Assembly: GCA_001600815.1 (NCBI GenBank)
Contig: BCKZ01000008.1
Location: 372,001 to 436,000 of the forward strand
Direction of reading: 5' to 3'
Length of the DNA stretch: 64,000 nt
DNA from: Alloascoidea hylecoeti
Taxonomy: Eukaryota
Shown here: positions 35,021 through 47,373 of the stretch, one piece after another
Position numbering within the stretch: position 1 is the stretch's first letter
Layout: every line of letters begins with the position of its first letter
Position numbers and translations under genes: made by a program
Notes under the pieces: generated by a model
Database searches by the model: none
Told to the model about the DNA's origin: nothing
Seen by the model: only the letters and a program-made list of their open reading frames with translations

Positions 35021-36757
35021 TAAGGATGTATATAGCTTTTGGTGCATAACTAATAATAAATTTTGTAAAACAATAAAGCGTTATTTATACAGTATATCTA
35101 CTTTTGGAAATTCTAAAAATTGGAAAATAAAAATAAACAATTTATAAACTTATTATGCATTTTAATAGATCATCAAGTGGGGAATCAATATATTTAACAC
35201 CTTATAACTGTTAGAAGGAGTATTAGAAGATTAAATTATTCTAATTTTTAATCGAATTTACATATATGGGGTGATTTATATTATTACCCAATTTTTCTTA
35301 TATACTATATAGTTCCCACATTAAATAAGAGAAAGAAAGAAAACACACATTCTTTATAATAAATCTTTACTATGCCTTCCTCCTAAATCTAAGGAATCAA
35401 AATATGAGTCCTTGCCTTTCAGCCAACAATAACTAATTGTTGACTGTTTTCATGAATCAATAATTACATATAACGATCAATCTGATAAACAGTTCAATTC
35501 GTTTAAATATTCTCAAAATTCAATTGAAAACTTGTTTAAAACATTTGAATAACATATTTAAAAGCATATATCAAAAAAGTATATGATAAAATTAACCTAT
35601 AAGACCTTATAGCTATAATATATTGCAGCCGTTATAATTTATAACTATGCTAATTAATACATGATGTATTAATTTGAAGTTTTATGAAATAATTATTATA
35701 GTAAATAATAATCAATTAGATTTAAAAAAACTATGAATTCGAAGAAAACAAAATTAAAATTTAAAAGTATATGTATCTATAACGAATTGAATATTAAGAT
35801 ATATAATAATTTTCATATATTTTTTTGAAAGTATTAAATAATCCTTTTTATAAAATTGATAAATCGAATAATTTGTTAATCAAAAAAAAAAATATAAGAA
35901 AATTTAAACAAAATTTAAAAGTTTCAAATTATATATCGAACGAATAAAATTTAAAATCTCTTTTTTTTTAAAAAAATTGCAAAAAGCTTAACGAACCACA
36001 AATTAAAAAAAATAAAAAAAAATAAAAAAAAAAAATAAAAACGAATTCGAATTCGAAACAAGTAAACAATCAATCAAACAAACAATTAAATGAATAAACG
36101 AATAAATAACTTGATAAATAAATGAACAGATTCATATATGAATAAATAAAAGGGCAAGATAAAATAGGAAATAATAAAATTAATCAATCAATAATTATAA
36201 AGAATATCTTTTTTTTTCTTTTTATTGTAAAATCAGAAGTCAAGTCAAAAATCAAAAACCATAAGCAGAAACAATATATCTTCAACTAAGGAAAGAAAAA
36301 AAAGGAGTAATATTTATAAATAAGTTAATTGGCAAAAACAAAATCAAAAAAATGCGATAATTTTATATACAAAGTAAAGTAAAGTTAACAAAAATAAAAG
36401 AAAAGAAATATATATTTATAAAAGAAAAGAAGGGGGTAATTGAAGAAAGAGGAAAAGTTTTCTTTGAAAACAATAAGGTTAGTTAGTAATAATAATAGCT
36501 AATATTAGAAATGAAAAATAAAATTAATAAAGAGATTTCAAATATGCATAAATAAGTCTTCAAAGTCAGGGGATTCAGAAAAAACAAAAAAACCATCAAC
36601 CAATAATTAAAGAGATATTGCATTATTTTGTGCTTTTCTGTTGTTATTGTTGTTGTAATTATTGATTGAAATCATACCACTTAAAAAATCATAAATCAAA
36701 TTCAATAAGATAAAATAAATAAAAAGGTGAAAATCTTTTTTTTTGTCATTTTTGATC

Positions 36758-36758
<1 letters not shown>

Positions 36759-36799
<41 letters not shown>
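36759..36799. repeat. (AAT)n microsatellite
   Basis: Directly visible. Confidence 0.95.
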
Positions 36800-37463
36800 G
36801 TTTAAAAGTAAAATAAAATAATAATATTTGTATTCATAGATGGTGTATAATAGAATAGAATAGAACCCTTTTAAAAAATAGATCTCTTAAATTTCAGTCA
36901 TGGTAATAATAGTAGTTTAAATATGAAAGTAAAAAACAATTTGCTTGTTTTATTTTTTGTATTTGTATAAATGAAAATTTGCAAAAATTGAAAAAAACAG
37001 TGTATATATATATGTCGTTCCAAACAATAACATAATGTGTAATAGATTTTATGTTATTATGATTCATCACTTTCGAATAATAATATAGTAGTATTAAAGA
37101 GAAAAAAAAAACAAATTTTTATAATAATGTTGTTTGAATATTTATGCTGTGATATTTCATTTCATTTGGTTTTTGTTGTTAGGTTTGGTTTGTGGGTGGG
37201 TATTTTCATCTTTTTCGTAGTTGTGAATTATATACCCAAATGAAATTTTAAAAAATCAAAAATATTATAAAAAGCAAATTTAAACAGATAAATGATAAAT
37301 AAAAGATAAATAAAAGGAAAAATTTATATAAAATAATGTCCATTCATATTATTAAGAAATTTGTATAAAGTATAAATTTTTTAAGATTTGAAGTAATCAA
37401 TCAATTCATTTGATGGATAATGTGATCAAATAAAAATAAAAATTTCAAGATTGATTGATTGAT

Positions 37464-38609
37464 TCAACAAACAACACCTAAACTTCTTCTTTGCCAATCA
37501 ATAGCCACATAAGCTTCATAAGAACAATAATGACAACCACAATAAATTGGATGACCATTTGGTTTTTGATCATAATTATTATTTAAATTAATACTATTAT
37601 GTCTACTATGTGAATGAGAATGAGAATGAGAGTGGGAATGATGAGGGATATATCTTTGATTTCTTGATTGTTGTTGCTGTTGTTGTTGTTGTTGTTGCTG
37701 TTGATATATATTTGGCATTGGCATGGAAATTGGTACCATAGAAGCGGTTGTAACCGGAACTTGGACCGGGAGCGAAACAGGTACCGGGAGTGACATTGGA
37801 ACAGACAATTGTTGTTGTTGATCTTCGTACCATCGAGGGATTGTGTAACCATGTTGAAACCCAACAATATCCGAAAACGCCGGAGATGTTGGACTCGAAC
37901 TTGAACTTGGAGCAGAACAAGTTCCGGGGGTAGGCAAAGTTACTGTGGAGACACACAAGGATTTGCGGGCCATTTTCTTCTTCAACCACATTTCCCAACA
38001 GTCGTTCCAACGCTTCCACCCTTTTCGGCCGTTCTCGTCCAAATGAAGACACCACTGTATTGGAGCTAACCATTCGCGTTCGGCTGTTGTTATTCGTTGG
38101 ACCGGAATCCTGGTTGCATCCGACCATGACCTATTCGTAAACGTATTATCATCGTTAAATTTGTTTGCCAACAACAAGGAAATGATGACAGTTTCAAACA
38201 CTGATTCAGAATCATCACTGATTATATGCTGTTGTGGTGGTTCTGTAACACTTTGCTTCTGAGCCAAATAAACCAGACTTAAAACAAGGGTTGACTTTGG
38301 TAACCTAGTAGCACTAAGAACACCATATAATCTATTTTTAAAAACTTTAGAAGGTTTTATATGAGAATCAGGTATCAAAACTCCATAAGCCATAGTAGCC
38401 AAAAACTTGCTCATTTCAGGCATATCATAGTCAGGCACCGCACTCCCTTCACCTGAAACAGGAGGCAGTAATCTATTTGGTTGATGATTATTGGACCATG
38501 AATGATAATTTGGAGCAGTGTAGCCCATTCCCATCCATGGATTATAAACTGGGTAAGTGTCATAAGCACAAGTGGGCTGGTAACACGTGGTAGTATTTGT
38601 AGAAGACAT
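37464..38609 (-). CDS. CLG1: Pho85 cyclin-like protein Clg1
   Basis: Cyclin box VLSATRLPKSTLVLSLVYL...LLLANKFNDDNTFTNRSWSDAT..P....AEREWL, with a poly-Q/HS tail and a terminal CGCHYC. Confidence 0.88.
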   Translation of the reverse strand: MSSTNTTTCYQPTCAYDTYPVYNPWMGMGYTAPNYHSWSNNHQPNRLLPPVSGEGSAVPDYDMPEMSKFLATMAYGVLIPDSHIKPSKVFKNRLYGVLSATRLPKSTLVLSLVYLAQKQSVTEPPQQHIISDDSESVFETVIISLLLANKFNDDNTFTNRSWSDATRIPVQRITTAEREWLAPIQWCLHLDENGRKGWKRWNDCWEMWLKKKMARKSLCVSTVTLPTPGTCSAPSSSSSPTSPAFSDIVGFQHGYTIPRWYEDQQQQLSVPMSLPVPVSLPVQVPVTTASMVPISMPMPNIYQQQQQQQQQQQQSRNQRYIPHHSHSHSHSHSHSRHNSINLNNNYDQKPNGHPIYCGCHYCSYEAYVAIDWQRRSLGVVC

Positions 38610-41600
38610 GAATATATTCTTTTTCTCAACGACGACTTAGTTAAAAGCTCGTTGGTTGTGAACGAGAAAAATTATTAAAACTGAGGAAAAAGAAATGTAT
38701 TTGAAAACGGATAATTTGAACTTATAATTAAAAGCAACAGATTTCGATTTTGTTTTGTTTTGTCTGTTTTTACTTATTTATTAATTTTTTTTTGATTTTG
38801 ATTGATTTTTTGTTGAGTTTTGGAAAAGAAGTTGTAAAAAACAAATTCCAAAAAAGAAATTATTAAAAAAACAAAAAGATTTGAAGATTTGGGTGTTCAT
38901 ATTTATGGCATAAGTGTGCTTTTTGTCGCGTGCACACTCATGCTGTTAATTACTTCCCCCTGCATAATTCCCGTTTTAAGCTCAATTGACTCCTGTTGTA
39001 GTAATAGGAGTGACCAGAAACCACCACGTTTCACTTACAGACGTGTCTATTTATCTACTTGAAAGTTGCTAATAATTCCCCTACAGAGTGGTGCATTCCA
39101 CAATAATAATATTAATAGCTAAAATACTGCTCCTCCATTGGTATCGTCCATGCAATTTAATTTGTCTGTTGCCACTGGATGTTAGCCGAGAAATTTCTAT
39201 TTCTACAAAAGACGCTAAGGTTTCTTGGGCCAATTGAAAAGCGGTTTTCCAACTCTAATATTCCAACCCTAATAATGTTAGATCTTGAACCTCAAAATAT
39301 TTATAATAGAAGGAGGTCTGGGTCTAGCACTCTTATGGAACGGGCTGGAAATCTTTAGTATGGAAACTGGTCATACAGACTCATACTAGAGTAGCATCAC
39401 ATCAAAATTTAGTTAATCTCTAGACTAATAGGATCACTACAATTTACCAAATATGCACACATTTTAAGAAAGGCATTGTAAGGTCAGTAGTTGGTTATTG
39501 CCTTTTTTTTTGGTGCAATGCGCACTCATGCTGTTAAGTACTTCCCCCCGTGTAAGTTAAATCCTCACTAGAGTGTAGCTAGTAGGTAGTAGCAATATCT
39601 TAACTTTAAAAAAACTAAGAGTCTGGACCAAACCGAATGCTTACTCCATATTATGATCTGAGAAATTATCTCATTGTGTATGAGAGGTTGCCTGATACTA
39701 ACATGAATGATCCGAACTCTCGTGAAGCACTTGTGCAACAGTTGTTGGACTGCAAGTCGGAATCCGCTAACATGACTATTTAGTGGTTCTTATGTTATGT
39801 TATTCCAACTTCTGTTAAAGATATGTTGAAATTTCTTCATGTCTAGTGTAGACAAGGTAAGGGGTTTGTTTACGTAGCTGAGTGCGTTCCAAATGTGATT
39901 AGGATTAGAACGGTAGCTCAAATTTCACTTAAGCTTCAGAAGGTTGATCCATTTTCATGTCACAGATTTCCAATCTTTCAAGTCTTGTGATTGCTAAAGC
40001 AGCTATATCGAATATTACGGTTCTCTGAATAGGTATTCTCAAACACTTTTACCGATGCACCGATTTAATATCCAAATATCTTTGCGTTAACACTGACAAA
40101 AGTTCAAAGATTGAAAATCCATGATTTAAAAAAAAGAAAAACTTCCTGCAACACTTTTTTGTAGCAAAAAAAAGTATAATAGTGAAGTGGTAAAACCAGA
40201 TTAATAAGAAGAAACTATTTAGGACTAAAATCCAAGGCATTTCTGCCCCATTTATATCAGGGTATTGTTGATCGATCTGGAATCTGGACACATCGATCAT
40301 CCTTTTTTTTTTTTTTTTTTTTTTTGTTTACGAACAATTGCGAGTGATCTTCCTTTCAAGTGAATCACTTAATTTGACCCAATATCTTTTCCCCGCGAAA
40401 TTGGACTCGTGAAAAAAGCAACTAAAAATATTACGTCATCAGGAAATATCTCAGTTGCATATGCATTCACGTCTATTTGAGGTAAATGATATCAATATAC
40501 CCACGTTATTATTTCCAACTCCCTATTTCTTAACTATTTGTATGGCCTCGCTTATTGGCCTGTGAAATATGGAGGTGAAGAAAAGGGGTCATAAAATTTG
40601 ACAAAAAATTTGTAAAAATTATTTTTGAACGAAGTCATGATTTTCATTTGCTATTTATCTATCTTTTGTCGTATTTAAAATATGCTTGAGGTGACTTTGA
40701 AGTTGTGGTCACATTTTGAGGGGTGTTTTTTTAATGTTTCTTAACATTGGCTAAATTTAGTGATGTGAACAACATGAGAATCTTAATTATAATACGGAAT
40801 CGATTGTATAATAATAAACCACAACATCACGCCTGCAATAATCCAATAAACCTTCGATTTTTTTTAAAATTTTAATCAATATTATTCAAGGCTGTGTTAA
40901 TATATTTAATTTAATTTCAACCAGTAATGAAGCGGATTACAAGGAGAATAAAATAATGCATATAGGAAATAACATTCATTGAATTAGACCAATTAATCAC
41001 TACATGTAGTACTAGTACGTAGTATTTTCAATTGACTGAGTCAATGTTTGTTGATATTTCACTTTACCGGTTATTAATGTTCTATTTGAAGTTAAGAAAG
41101 ATTGTAAAAGAGTTTTTAAACTCACTAGGAAGTAGGTATTAGTAGCTTTTTAGTACTGTTAACTATCAATAGCTACATTATAACGACGAGTGTAATGGAA
41201 GTTGCAAATAATGTTGTAAAAATAGAACTTGAAGTAGACGTTAACGTTAACGTTAACGTTGTTTTAGTTTTAGTAGGTTTGGATATCGATATTATAGGAC
41301 AACTTCGGGTCCCAAACCCGGCCGAATATTAGTCAGGAGATGACTTGACTAGTAATCAGACTGGCCTAAATTATGGAATGACTGTATCAAGACTTGTTTC
41401 AGAAGCACTATGTGACTAATGAGAGTGAAAATCTATAGCTATGTGTAAAATTGTAAATGTGTGTGGGTTGGGAGCATCAATTGTCCCTTGTCGTACATGA
41501 TCATATAAAATCCATTGCTTATAACCTTGAAAATATTTAACATCAATAAATGATCAGTAGATCACAAACAACGTTGTAGCTTTAAATCTATATAATCATT

Positions 41601-43270
41601 CGAGCTGGAATCATAATTAATGCTTTTTTTTTTGTCTGTTTACTCACTAATTTTGCTCGCCCAAAGATTCTGATCCCTAATATCATTTGTCTGTGATTGT
41701 TGGGAGTTAGAAGGTACTCCTAGGAAGACGATACCAGCGTGTATAATACTTGTTGTGGACCGTAATCCAAACTAAACAAGCAATGAATTATATAGCAATG
41801 TCGACTTTACCGGTACCTTTAATTGTATTGATCATATAAATATTTTTCATATAAATTGATTACATCGATAATACTCGAGCTCACTTTAATTATAAATCCA
41901 ATTTCGAAGCCTAAGTTCTTCACCCCACATTGTCCACAATTTTCGTACTCTTATAATCAGATCGTACATCATGACTGTGCTAGATCTATTAAATGTCTTA
42001 CTTTAATATATTTACACATTAAATCAATCGATGTGTATATAATTATTTAATAAAGTTCTAAGTGCCTGTTTGTATGTGGTATTATAGCCAACATTATTAA
42101 TTCGTATAACTTTCATGGTACCGGTTTAAGATTATAACACTTATTAGATCTACACTACATGCTAATAAATTTCAACGGGCTTTAGTGCCAGCTAATTTCA
42201 AGGGAGATTTTAAAAATTAATTAATATTATAATTAGAAAAACATCCAAACAATATTAGTAAGAGTTATTTTTCTTTTCATATTAAATTTTCTAGAAATAC
42301 AGATCGATATAACTCTTTAAATTTAACAATTTATAATTTTGCCTGAAGAATGAAATGTATAATGATGTATAATAAGACTGTTGAAATACCATCGATCGAT
42401 ATGATGTAATCATTAACCTTCATTTTAATCGGATTGATATCCTTAGTACTCGTTATATAATCTTCCGGTTGCAAGAATATTATATAATTAAGCTTGTGAG
42501 ATAAAGGGATTACAGATGGATTTCCAGTCATGGTACAGTTTTATGTCTCAAAATATTCAAATATCCATCTATCAAAACACATTTAAAATTTAATCATTTG
42601 TTTTAACATGAAGTCTAGTATGGCATAAAAGTTAATGCTGGTCATATTTTCCCATACCATAAGAATTCCTGTATACCTCAACCGTATGTAGATAATGTTT
42701 ACCAAATGGGAGCATACCACTGCTAGCTATGGATGAAATCATAATATAAGATTTTAAAATTAAGATTAATTGATAATACTACAAGAGTGCAAAAATAATT
42801 AAAAATCTCAAGTCAAATGACAAGCGCTAGCGTTATACAATGTTTTCTGTTATTCTCAGAAATTAGAACAGTAACACACTAGTATTCGTCACCAAGATCT
42901 ATATTGATGTGTAAAAAAAGCTAGTGGAGTTTCAATTTTGTACTTATTGAGACGAATGATAATTCATGATATCAGTGTTTAGTGAGTCTGAAACCAATTA
43001 GACAGAAACATAGATAAGACGCAATAGGAGTATTAATAAAATTAAGAGAAGAAAAGCTAAAATTAAACTATATGCAGTGGTTAATTATATGATACCTGGT
43101 TTGGTATCATCATAATTTCTACATCTTTTATTTAGCTTTCTATTTTTTTAACTTTTAAATCACAAAATATCAGATATAAAATAGCCAATCGCCATTGAGA
43201 AATAAATTTAAATTTGTAGAAAATTAAGTCATCGACACATCAAAATAATCATTAATCATAATCATTATAA

Positions 43271-44551
43271 CTAAGCCAATAAAGAGGTCAAATAGAATAA
43301 CGCAATTAGGAAAACGTTCACTGAAGTAGCTGATCCACTACTCGATTGAGTTGAAACTGTTCCATTTGAAGATTGAGAAATAGTCGAGTTACTTTCAGTA
43401 TCTCTTTTCACAACAGAGACAGTAGAAGTCGCAACCGTTGTAGCAAGAGTAGAACTGGATGCAGATGCAGTTTTAGTAGCAGTTATCACACTCACCCAAC
43501 TAATAGGATCACCACAAGGACCTAAATAAACATAGTATACCATATGTCCAATTGGATCACCAGCTGCATTGGTTGTATTTGAGACAACCAAAGATTCTTC
43601 ATAACCATTACAATCTGTTGAGCTTGGATCACAAACAGCAATATTATCAGCAGTTGGATAATCCCCTATTTTAGCAATATAAATTTCCAAACCACCATAG
43701 GCATAATAATCACTAGTCGTTTCAGCAATTGTATCATTCCTATGTTTATTTCTAATATGTCCTGCAATTGGGAATTCCCCAGATTTTAAGTTTTTAAACG
43801 ATTGTTTAATATTAGACACTTTATCGAAAAAATCAATCAATTTTTTATTTCCAAATACTGGACAACCCCATTCAACAATTAATGGATCATAACCAAGTAA
43901 TTTTAAATCAATTTCAACCAATTGTGCCATTACAGCGCCTAAAGAATGTCCTAAAACAACTAATTGATAATCAGGATGTTCTTTCTCCATTTTATTAATT
44001 GTTTTAATTGCAAAATCATAATCTTCTTTATAAGTTTCATAAAACCCATCAGAAATAAAACAATCATCACATGTTAATTTTGCAGCATTTGGATTTGAAT
44101 TACTAAGAGGAGTATATTTGACACTATCATTATAAGTATCCAATAAGAAATTATTTGTTGTTAAACTTCCAACAAATATAAAAACATTTTGTTTCTTTTT
44201 ATGATCATAAATACCAGCCATAAAAGTTGTATTATCAATACTATCATTAGAGACATCAGGCCATGAACCAGCAACAAAAGTTAAACCAGCATATTCCGAA
44301 TTATTGCAAAAGCTTGCTGTACAAGTATCATCAATTACTAAAGGAGTATCGTCTGCTTCATTGGGATTTCTAGTTACATGACAAGTACCTATACCATATA
44401 ACTCAGCATAATGGTAAAGAGTTGGAAGAATTGGGTTTGTTTCTACTCCATGAATTTCCTTGTTTAAATCTGATAATAAAAATGAATTCGCTTTTGCATA
44501 ATTTGTTGCATAAAGCAATGTAAATATTGATATCAATTTTGAAAAAATCAT
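43271..44551 (-). CDS. Class-3 lipase, secreted, predicted GPI-anchored (copy 1)
   Basis: Signal peptide, GFY motif, GHSLG nucleophile elbow, HRND (Asp), GHMVYY (His), Ser/Thr stalk and hydrophobic C-terminus. Confidence 0.85.
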   Translation of the reverse strand: MIFSKLISIFTLLYATNYAKANSFLLSDLNKEIHGVETNPILPTLYHYAELYGIGTCHVTRNPNEADDTPLVIDDTCTASFCNNSEYAGLTFVAGSWPDVSNDSIDNTTFMAGIYDHKKKQNVFIFVGSLTTNNFLLDTYNDSVKYTPLSNSNPNAAKLTCDDCFISDGFYETYKEDYDFAIKTINKMEKEHPDYQLVVLGHSLGAVMAQLVEIDLKLLGYDPLIVEWGCPVFGNKKLIDFFDKVSNIKQSFKNLKSGEFPIAGHIRNKHRNDTIAETTSDYYAYGGLEIYIAKIGDYPTADNIAVCDPSSTDCNGYEESLVVSNTTNAAGDPIGHMVYYVYLGPCGDPISWVSVITATKTASASSSTLATTVATSTVSVVKRDTESNSTISQSSNGTVSTQSSSGSATSVNVFLIALFYLTSLLA

Positions 44552-46704
44552 TAATATAATCTTCCTTAAGCTTTGATTTTAAAATTATGATTTATATTTG
44601 TAGATGATGAAATGTTTAAATATAATTAGAAATATAAACAATTTCAATTCCAATCTTGATAATTTGTTATTAGCTATTGCAATTGAGCTAGGAGAATTAA
44701 AAGGAAATATATTCTTTTTTCATATGTTTATTTTCCCCTATTTTCCGATAATGTAATTATAATATATGAGAATTGTAATGATTGTGTAACGTTAATATAT
44801 GTCATAAATACACAATTCCAAATATACAATTAAATAATATAAGGTTGTACATATATGTAAGACATAAGTGAAACACCAAGGTCACAAAATGAAGAAACTA
44901 TGGAACTACTCTAGAAATAAAATGATTAGCATGCCATCCGATATTGATTATGATCATACTACTACTTAATATATCAATTATGAATGTTGACATGGCAATT
45001 GCAATTAGAAATAGCTACCAATATTCATGATAGGTATTTTTTTTTTTTTATATAAGCTGATTAATACCTAATACTTGGTTTAGAAAATGGTAATCATGTT
45101 ATATGTGGGGTAAACCCCACATTTCCCACAATCGCGATTTTTATAAATATATAAATCATAACTATGAGAAAGGAAAACCGCTCAAACTCTTTTTTTATAA
45201 TTAAAGAAACTGAGATATATTCATACTCTGATCATGAGTTAATATTAGTTTAACTATAACAATTAAACTGGTATTAATATTAATATTATATTTTATTATA
45301 TATTGTAGGATTAGTTAAGAATGACATATATATGCACAGATAGTTATCTGACGATCGGAGTAACACGTTAATGTTCCCCTAAAATCTATAGCACAAATAT
45401 ATAAATATTCTCATTGTACAATTCCGGATATTCATGTTTACTCAAATGAAAAGTTTACAGTCGGCTTGCATCCGATATTATATATATATAATCACGAGCT
45501 CATATATAATAAACCAGCAGTGATAGATAATTTGATACTATATCCGTTTTTATAGCTTTTAAATACAATAATTAATGAGTCTAGTATGATTTGATCATGA
45601 TAGTTAACATTAATTACTGTATTTGAAATAATAATAGTATTGATTGATCGAGACAAAAAAGCATTCGGAAAAATCTGAGTAAAAGATCATAAAAAAGTCA
45701 ATTATAATTAAACGGAACAATTACAATAATAGTATTATGCATATGCATATATGCATGCTTGATGAATTAGGGGATAATTCCGAACTCACACACACACACT
45801 ATATACTATCTTCTCCAGCCTTTTATTTAAAATCCATAGCTATATTTTCAAATTTTTTAATATTATCACGAGTTTTTATCGGCTAATTTCTTACTTATTA
45901 ATCAATTCATTCGCCCTAGTAATTAAAGTTATAACATGTATTATTGCCCACTCAGATTGACCAATGGCATTACAAGTCATACACAATGGGGGGAAAATAT
46001 AAAATATGACAATTTATATAGCAAAAGAAAATTATCTGGTTAATTATCTGGTTAGCTATTGCCACAGTAATGAATCTTGGAGAGGACTATTGGAAAAAGA
46101 TGGCTAACGGAGCTCGAGGATTGTTTTCCTTTCACATCTTTTTAAATTCAGCCCCATGGCTAGCACCATTAACAAATAGCCGTTGGATAAATACTCCTTC
46201 TTCCTTTGGAGGAGAAGAGATCAATCAATGAAAAGGAAAACAAATATTTATTATATATAGCATTACCTATAGTTTTCTCTCAATGTTAATTACACCTACC
46301 AGTTACAGTGAATTTCACTATTACTGCCACTACAAATATTAATATTAATAATTCTGTACTCCATAAAATTCTACTGAAAAAACGTTTAACTACCACGATT
46401 GGTTAAATATATATTAAAAGAATAACAAAGTGCCACTTCAAAGTATATTAAGTAGCTTCATAAAGAAAAGATTATATATATCGAGATACAAATCTGAATA
46501 GAAAAAAAAAAGATAGTATACATAAACATAAAAAACATAACGAGTTGCAATTTCAAATACCAACGTCAACCAATTCTAATAAAAATTCCGAATCATGACC
46601 AAATCCATGGACCATGTTTATAATAAAAATAATAGACCTTTTTTGATATATAACAGGGACAGAATTTATAAAAAATAGACCATTTTAAAGTTTTTGTGAT
46701 CAGA

Positions 46705-46923
46705 TTATTTCATATATGTGAAATCAGTTTCATTTTCTTCATTTGATCTTGAACAAGTACATTGGTTAGTTGGTCTTTTTCCACAAGAGCATGTAGTTGA
46801 TGGTTTGGCATTTTCAACTGGAGCTTTAGAGCAATTGCAGTCCATAGCAGCTCTTTCACCACAAGAGCATCGGGAAGTTTGAGCACAAATGCAGTTATCA
46901 CTTTGTCCGTTACAGCAAGCCAT
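46705..46923 (-). CDS. CRD2: Crd2-like metallothionein (72 aa, Cys-rich)
   Basis: The pattern CICAQTSRCSCG..A..CNCSKA.VEN...CSCGKR....CTC...ETDFT matches Candida albicans Crd2. Confidence 0.88.
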   Translation of the reverse strand: MACCNGQSDNCICAQTSRCSCGERAAMDCNCSKAPVENAKPSTTCSCGKRPTNQCTCSRSNEENETDFTYMK

Positions 46924-47013
46924 TTTGATAGTAGTAATATTAATAGATGTTAATTAATTGAGAGAAGATATAATTGATGAAGATATTTTTTGAGAATAGT
47001 GGGATATTTAATG

Positions 47014-47214
47014 TATTTATACACAATCAGCAAATTTAACGTTTGACATGATCAGCCGTATCGGAAAATCCAGCCTCGCCACCAGCCTCTTTATCAGCCA
47101 ATAAAAAGAGCCTAATTTGTCAGCACATGCAGTATGCTGCGGTCGGTATTACATAATAATGATTTAGAGGACGGCCATTGGTCAGCCAGATTAGTAATTA
47201 ATTTATAATCAGCC
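47014..47214 (-). promoter_or_regulatory. Metallothionein promoter: TATA box plus a cluster of GCTG-core (Ace1/Amt1-like) elements
   Basis: TATAAATA on the minus strand at 47014-47021. Eight (T/C)CAGC sites at 47027, 47052, 47070, 47082, 47094, 47120, 47182 and 47209 all read GCTG on the gene strand. Confidence 0.7.
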
Positions 47215-47373
47215 GTGTGTATTACTTATAAGACTCTGATTGGTTACTAATTTACTTTAGGGAATTGCACCAAATTATAATACTTAAGACACGCCAATCT
47301 CTAAACAATTGATACACACAGTATAAACTTTAAGTGGTTATATTATATTTCTAGTCTAAATATGAGCCATCAA

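Noticed and set aside
39560..40325. Retroelement relic beside the long T tract near 40303-40325
   Set aside because: The composition is coding-like, but I found no recognisable motif in the frames I read.
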